This document shows, piece after piece, positions 58,101-64,000 of a stretch of 64,000 bases of DNA (the first letter of the stretch is position 1; every line of letters starts with the position of its first letter). Where the stretch lies: positions 348,936,001 through 349,000,000 of the forward strand of contig OZ024741.1 of NCBI GenBank assembly GCA_964016885.1, given 5' to 3'. The notes below the pieces were generated by a model. It was not told where the DNA came from. It saw nothing but the letters and a program-made list of their open reading frames with translations, and did no database searches. This DNA is from Eledone cirrhosa (taxonomy: Eukaryota). The position numbers and the translations under genes are program-made.

Positions 58101-60382
58101 CCGGTCTCGATGGTCTACCATACGAAATTTGTTGCGATGCCGGACTTGTTCTCCAATTTCCCCGAGGCGGTCTATTGCAACTGGCAACAGAGCGGGAGAA
58201 TTCCCAGTTCTGTGACCAAGGTCGTAGTCACGCTGGTGAGGAAGGACGAGAACAAGGGGGATGACATAGATAACTTCAGGCCCATAACCGTGCTAAACAC
58301 AGAGTTAAAGATTTTGGCCAAGGTGTTAGCGAAGAGGTTGGCGCTTGTCGTCGGGAACCTGGTGGGAGAAGCGTAGACATGCGCAATCCCGTCCAGGTCC
58401 ATACACGACAACCTCCACCTCATGCGATACATCGTAGAAACGGTAGGGAACGAACCCAGTTTTGGTCAACTTGGATCAATCTAAGGCGTTCGATAGGGTC
58501 GATCATCGGTACCTTGATGTGGTGCTCGCGGCGGCAGGCTTCGGACCCGTTTTCAGGGGTTGAATTACTGCAATGCACAGCAGCAACACCTGCTCGAGGG
58601 TCAAGGTGAATGGCTACCTCTCGGAGCCGTTCCAAATCGCGCGATGCATCCGACAGGGATGTCCTCTCTCCTCCCTTCTGTATGTGTTGGTTCTCGAGCC
58701 ACTACTGCCGAAGTTGGACCTGTTGCAGTGAATCCCCTTGGAACCGGGATAGCGGAAAGCGGTGTCGGCCTACGTCGACGACGTGACAGTAATGGTGTCG
58801 TGTGCCTCGGAAATCGGGCAGATCGGCACCTTACTGGAGGAATACGAAAGGTTTACAGGAACCAAGCTGAACCGGGACATCCGTCGGTTTGCAACTCGGA
58901 ACGTGGAGAGGAAAACCGATGCCCTTCGACGGCGTCGTCGGACGCTGGACGGAGGGACCGGTGAAGCTGCTCGGGGTCTGGTTCGGACCGGACCTCCAGG
59001 TGGAGAAAAACTGGGACGAGGTAGCGGGCAGGGTGTATGCAGTCGCCCAGAAGTGGGCCGAGTGTAAACTTTCCCTGAAAGGTCGAGCGGAGGTGGCGAA
59101 CACTTATATAGCGTACTACCGCTTGACCGTCGTGCCTTGCCCAGCGAAAACGCTCGCCAAAATGGAGCGCACGCTCTTCCGATTCCTTTGGAAGAAGCGG
59201 ACCCCTTTGGTGAGAAGATCCATCTGCTGTCAACACCCTTCCAACGGAGGGCTGGGGATGCCGTGGCTGACGATGCGTAGAGACGCATTAGTGCTACGGC
59301 ACCACCAGGTATTCCTCACCGGTCAGCCGATGTGGGCCCCTTTTGTGAGGCGTGCTTTCCGAGACTCGTCTCACTCACCGAGCTGCAATCCTGGGTCAAG
59401 CAAAGACCGAGAAAAGTGGGCGACTCGCACATTGAATGTGCCCAGGCGCTCACAGCCCTCTGGCAAGCGGATCCGGCAATCAGTGGAGACTCCACTTCGT
59501 CATTCTATAGAGGGTTGGTGCGTAGCAAGTGCGACGACGCTCTTGGAGAGGCTCTGGGCATGGAGGAAGACGAGCTAGCCAGTCTGTTCGGTAGGACGTT
59601 TGGCCCGAGACCGAAGGACAACTTCCAAAAGTCCCTGGCTTGGCAGTGCTACAGAGGAGCTCTACACGTTCGGGACAAGCTCTACAGACACGGGCGCCCG
59701 GGTAGGGACCCCTCGAAGACGATCTGTCCGAGATGCGTACGTGACGAGGAAACCGTCGCGCACGCATTCGTACACTGCCCGGGCGTTGCTGACCTGTGGG
59801 ACTAGGTGGAACGACTACTGTCGCGGGTGGAACCAATCCGGTTGACCACCGAGTACATTGTTACGATCAAACCGCCTCCCCACTTCAAAAACGAAGGAGA
59901 GGCGGTTTTCATCTGTGTCATAGCTATGGTGAAAGAATTTGTATGGTGGACGAGGTTGAAAGGGCTGAGGTCAGACACTTTTCTCTCCGGCCAACAGGTC
60001 CTTTATTTCAAGTACCATTTTAGAAGAAGGATCAGAATGGAGAGAGAGGTGCTCTACCCCAGCAAGTTTTATGAAAGGTGGGTGAAAGTGGCAAGAATGG
60101 CCCGAGTGAATGGGCCTTCTCTCTATATCAGCCTGTAGGTGAGAGAGGAGAAGAAGGAGTAGAGGAAGGGAGTACCCACTCTTTGTGCTCCCGAGGAGGA
60201 GGGTTGCACATTTTTTTCGGGGGTCTGTGTGTCCCACGCCAACGCCCCCTCTCTATTAAGGACTTCGATTGTTGAATTTGATTTGTTATGTTTTTACACG
60301 TCCTTTGAAATGTATGTAAACCCCGCCCCCCTTGTGTTTGTCCCAATCTTTGATGCCCTGGTGGCAAATAAATAGAATGTTG
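55107..60382 (+). mobile_element. Near full-length L1/Tx1-clade LINE, frameshifted
   Basis: ORF1 from ~55289 with CYHCSRSGHLRASC knuckle; ORF2 56745-60138: LNVRGL, GDWN, SDH (APE), FRPITVLN, AYVDD (RT), CPRC..H...C; AATAAA at 60367; (TCTA)n on both sides. Confidence 0.92.
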
Positions 60383-60400
60383 TCTATCTAACTATCTCTA

Positions 60401-60471
<71 letters not shown>

Positions 60472-60513
60472 CAATATTAATAAATGGAAAATATATTTAC
60501 AAAACCATATTTA

Positions 60514-60570
60514 TTTTATTATACGTATTTCAAGGGTATTAACATTTCAGTACGGGTTCGTCAGATAAAA
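60514..60570 (-). ncRNA. Minimal hammerhead, same family as 14456-14514
   Basis: UUUUAU CUGACGA ... GAAA UACGUA UA AUAAAA; stem II decayed. Confidence 0.65.
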
Positions 60571-61088
60571 TATAATATTTGGTGTTAAGATAGTGACATA
60601 CCTTCATATGATCTTAATGGTATAAGCCCACTGAAGTTAGTGATTGGAAAATGCAAATCCCAGGGATATATGTTAATGAGGATACGTTAAAACAGAAAAG
60701 AACCGTTAAATTTAGACGCTTGATAAATTAAAAAAAAAAACCCTTGTTTATATTGTTTATGTGGTTGCTGTTATAGGGTGAAAAGTTAAAAGTTAATGTA
60801 GACTTAGTGTAGAGTTAGTTATAGATATATACTCACAAAGATATATACATGAGTTTGGAAGGAATCACAATTATACGTATATATTTTAAGAATATGAATG
60901 TATTTATGTTTACATGAGAAATGTGAGTATATATCTATATCTGTCTGTAGGCGTGCAAAACTGCTTTGATATGCAAAATTGCTACTGACTAGTGGACTCC
61001 GAGTTTACGAGATACGTTCATGTATCCGTTTTCCCGTTTGTCTCTTCTTTTTGTGCCATTTTCCCTTTAATATTTAGTTACAGAAGTG

Positions 61089-61300
61089 TGGTGGATTGGC
61101 AGTATCGGTAGAGGGTCGGATGCCATGCTTTGCAACATAGAATTACGGTCCTTTATTATCTGAGTTCAAATCCCGCCGAGGTTAACTTTGCTTTTCATCC
61201 TTATGGGGTCGATAAAATAAAGTACCAGTCACGTACTGGGGTCGATTTAATCGACTTCCCCTCCCCCAAAATTGCTGGCCTTGTGCCTATATAAGAAACC
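61089..61300 (+). mobile_element. tRNA-derived SINE, full length
   Basis: A box TGGCAGTATCGG, B box GAGTTCAAATCC, conserved TTTCATCC..GGGGTCGATAAAATAAAGTACC domain; resembles octopus SINEs from memory. Confidence 0.85.
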
Positions 61301-62331
61301 AATATTTAGTTACAGGGCTACATATCCTCCTATTCTTTCATATTTTCTTTTTCTTTATTCGTTCACCGTCTCTTTTCTTTTACCCTCTTTCTCTCCTTCT
61401 ATACAATCTTTCACTCCTTTATTCCCCTCTACCACTAACAACCCTAGAAGTTGCATGATTTCTGCATTATATTTCTTCATTTCTGACGTGTGTTTTCGGG
61501 ATGGTCATGTGTCTATCACTCACAAGCCTATACGTCTTTAGATCCCATATTTTCTCTCTGGCCATTCATTGCACATTCGACTATTGTTTACTTCCACACA
61601 GTCTAACCTTTAGTGTAGTGGTAGCATTCCTTAACCGTGCAATTTATATTTCTGATTTTGTTTTATTTATATATATTTTTTGCCCGTCCACTCTTTAACG
61701 ACTTCGTTATATATTTTTATCCCCAGGCATATTATTTTTTATATCCGATATCTGTTTACATATCGTTTTCTCTTTTCTCAAGCAATGTGAAACTGGTGTT
61801 TAATATATCTGCGCCCCGTTGTGCATAGTGGTCTTATATGTAGGCATGTGAAGTAGTAACCTTGATATCATATACAACCGGCAGTTTATTAATGAATGTT
61901 CTATGCTTATGTTGTATGTGCTTCACATTATGCGGTTGCCTCCTGTCTTTGTACTTCTGATATATATATATAAGTTAAAACAATGTTGTCTCTGATCGAA
62001 ACGATGCGAAGGTCTATTTGAATACATATAAAAATGAGAAAACTCATCGCTAGAACAGCTGTTAAACCTGCTAAATGCTGTCAAAGACAGCGATGGGCAA
62101 AAATGCCTCAGAGGAGAGGCACCAGCGGTAAATGATCAACAGAAAAACAATCCACTAGGTGGGTGACAGGCAGATGAAATATAGAAAAAATTGAAAGGGG
62201 AGAAGGACAAGAAGTGCCCTGGCTAAAGGCATTTTTCCCATCGTTGATTTTGACATCATTTAGCTGTTTTATTGGCTGTTTTAGCGAAGATTTTTCGCAT
62301 TTTTATTTGTATATATACATATATATATATA

Positions 62332-62407
<76 letters not shown>

Positions 62408-62513
62408 CGCGTATGTATGAGTGTGAGCGTGTGAGTGTGTGCGTTCGTGCTTACGTACGTGCATTCATACATACATTCATTCATATATATATACATACAA
62501 ACATACACAAATA

Positions 62514-63122
62514 CATGGTGGCTGCCAACTCGTTTTCGAGTACGGCCACTACTTTATATCCATGTAGAACCCCTACCAATGCGCTGAACGAATGTGACTT
62601 TTTAGTCCAGCCAGCGACTTGAAAACTCTGGTACAAACACTACACTTGTGACAATTATTGACACATAGTGCTGGGCCCATGGTACCATGTGACGACAAGT
62701 GCAGAGAGATCTCCAGATATAAAGCAATGCCTGTGCCGTGAAGCTTTTATAGTGAGCAAAGGCACTGCACAAAGCCAGTCCCACTCTCTTAACCAAGATG
62801 ATATTTACCAAAAAGAAGAACAAGTCAACATCATTGGATACCATCAGGGTTGCAGGTGTTATATCAGAGTTTTCCTTCTCCTAGAATTCTGCCTTGACAA
62901 AGGCTAAGGGGTCATCTCTCCCGGTGATTTTGGATGGCTATTGACTCTTAAGAGCCCCTTTGCCTTTTGACAGGTTTTGTTTTTAGTCCTGCAGGATGTC
63001 CAAAGTCACCCTCCTCACCAAGAAACCTTGGTGGGGTTGCCAGTTTAGTCGCCAACGACCCGACCATGAGACAGGTTGTACTGGGATACATGTTACCAGT
63101 AGCACCAACTGGTGACCTGACA
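62514..63122 (-). mobile_element. Second copy of the ~610-bp RTE-like non-autonomous element
   Basis: Reverse complement of 32079-32686 with few substitutions. Confidence 0.8.
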
Positions 63123-64000
63123 CATATATACATACACACATACATACATACATACATATACATATACACATACATACATACATACATATATATACATACA
63201 CATACATACATACATATATATATATACACATACATACATACATACATACATATACACATATACACATACATACATACATACATATATACATATACACATA
63301 CATACATACATACATATATATATACACATACATACATACATACATACACACACATACACATACATACATACATACATATATATACATACACATACATACA
63401 TACATATATATACATATACACATACACACATACATATATACACATATACACACATACATACATACATATATATATACACACATACATACATATATATATA
63501 TACATACATACATACATATATATATATACATACATACATACATATACACACATACATACATACATACATACACACATATACATACATACATACATATATA
63601 TATATACATACATACATACATACATATACATACACATACATACATATACACATATACACACACACACATACATACATATATATATATACACATACATACA
63701 TACATACATATATACACATACACATACATACATACATACATATATATATATACACATACATACATACATACACATATATATACACATACATACATACATA
63801 CACATATACATACACATACATACATACACATATACATACACATACATACATACATACACATATATATACACATACATACATACATACACATATACATACA
63901 CATACATACATACACATATATATATACACACATACATACATACATATATATATATATACACATACATACATACATATATATATACACACACATACATACA
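63123..64000. repeat. Compound (ACAT)/(AT)/(AC) microsatellite
   Basis: Direct inspection. Confidence 0.95.

Noticed and set aside
62948-63997. ~300-350-aa minus-strand ORFs and the other YIYI/VCVC/THTH ORFs
   Set aside because: Stop-free microsatellite artefacts.

Overview
AT-rich, microsatellite-dense eukaryotic DNA with one N-gap (42163-42362). The SINE families and repeat landscape suggest an octopod cephalopod (inference). The only host gene I can support is a minus-strand yolk-ferritin-like gene: a 147-nt ferritin exon (51411-51557) plus two candidate in-frame micro-exons (46449-46487, 43865-43891) that would encode the Cys-containing BC-loop insert. The rest is mostly decayed transposons: Penelope-like elements (two Naiad-like GIY-YIG copies, one further copy, and many solo or fold-back pLTRs in (TA)n), R4/Dong-like RLE non-LTR pieces, a near full-length Tx1-clade LINE, RTE-tailed non-autonomous elements, two mariners, a DD37D maT element, a hAT MITE and tRNA-derived SINEs. 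The least expected signal is a dense set of type-I hammerhead ribozyme (HHR) motifs in the Penelope termini. Four element types carry a compensatory U3-A8 core (UUGANAA) in place of CUGANGA, many motifs sit in fold-back palindromes, and inversion breakpoints often fall inside the ribozyme. All RNA structures were paired by eye, not computed.
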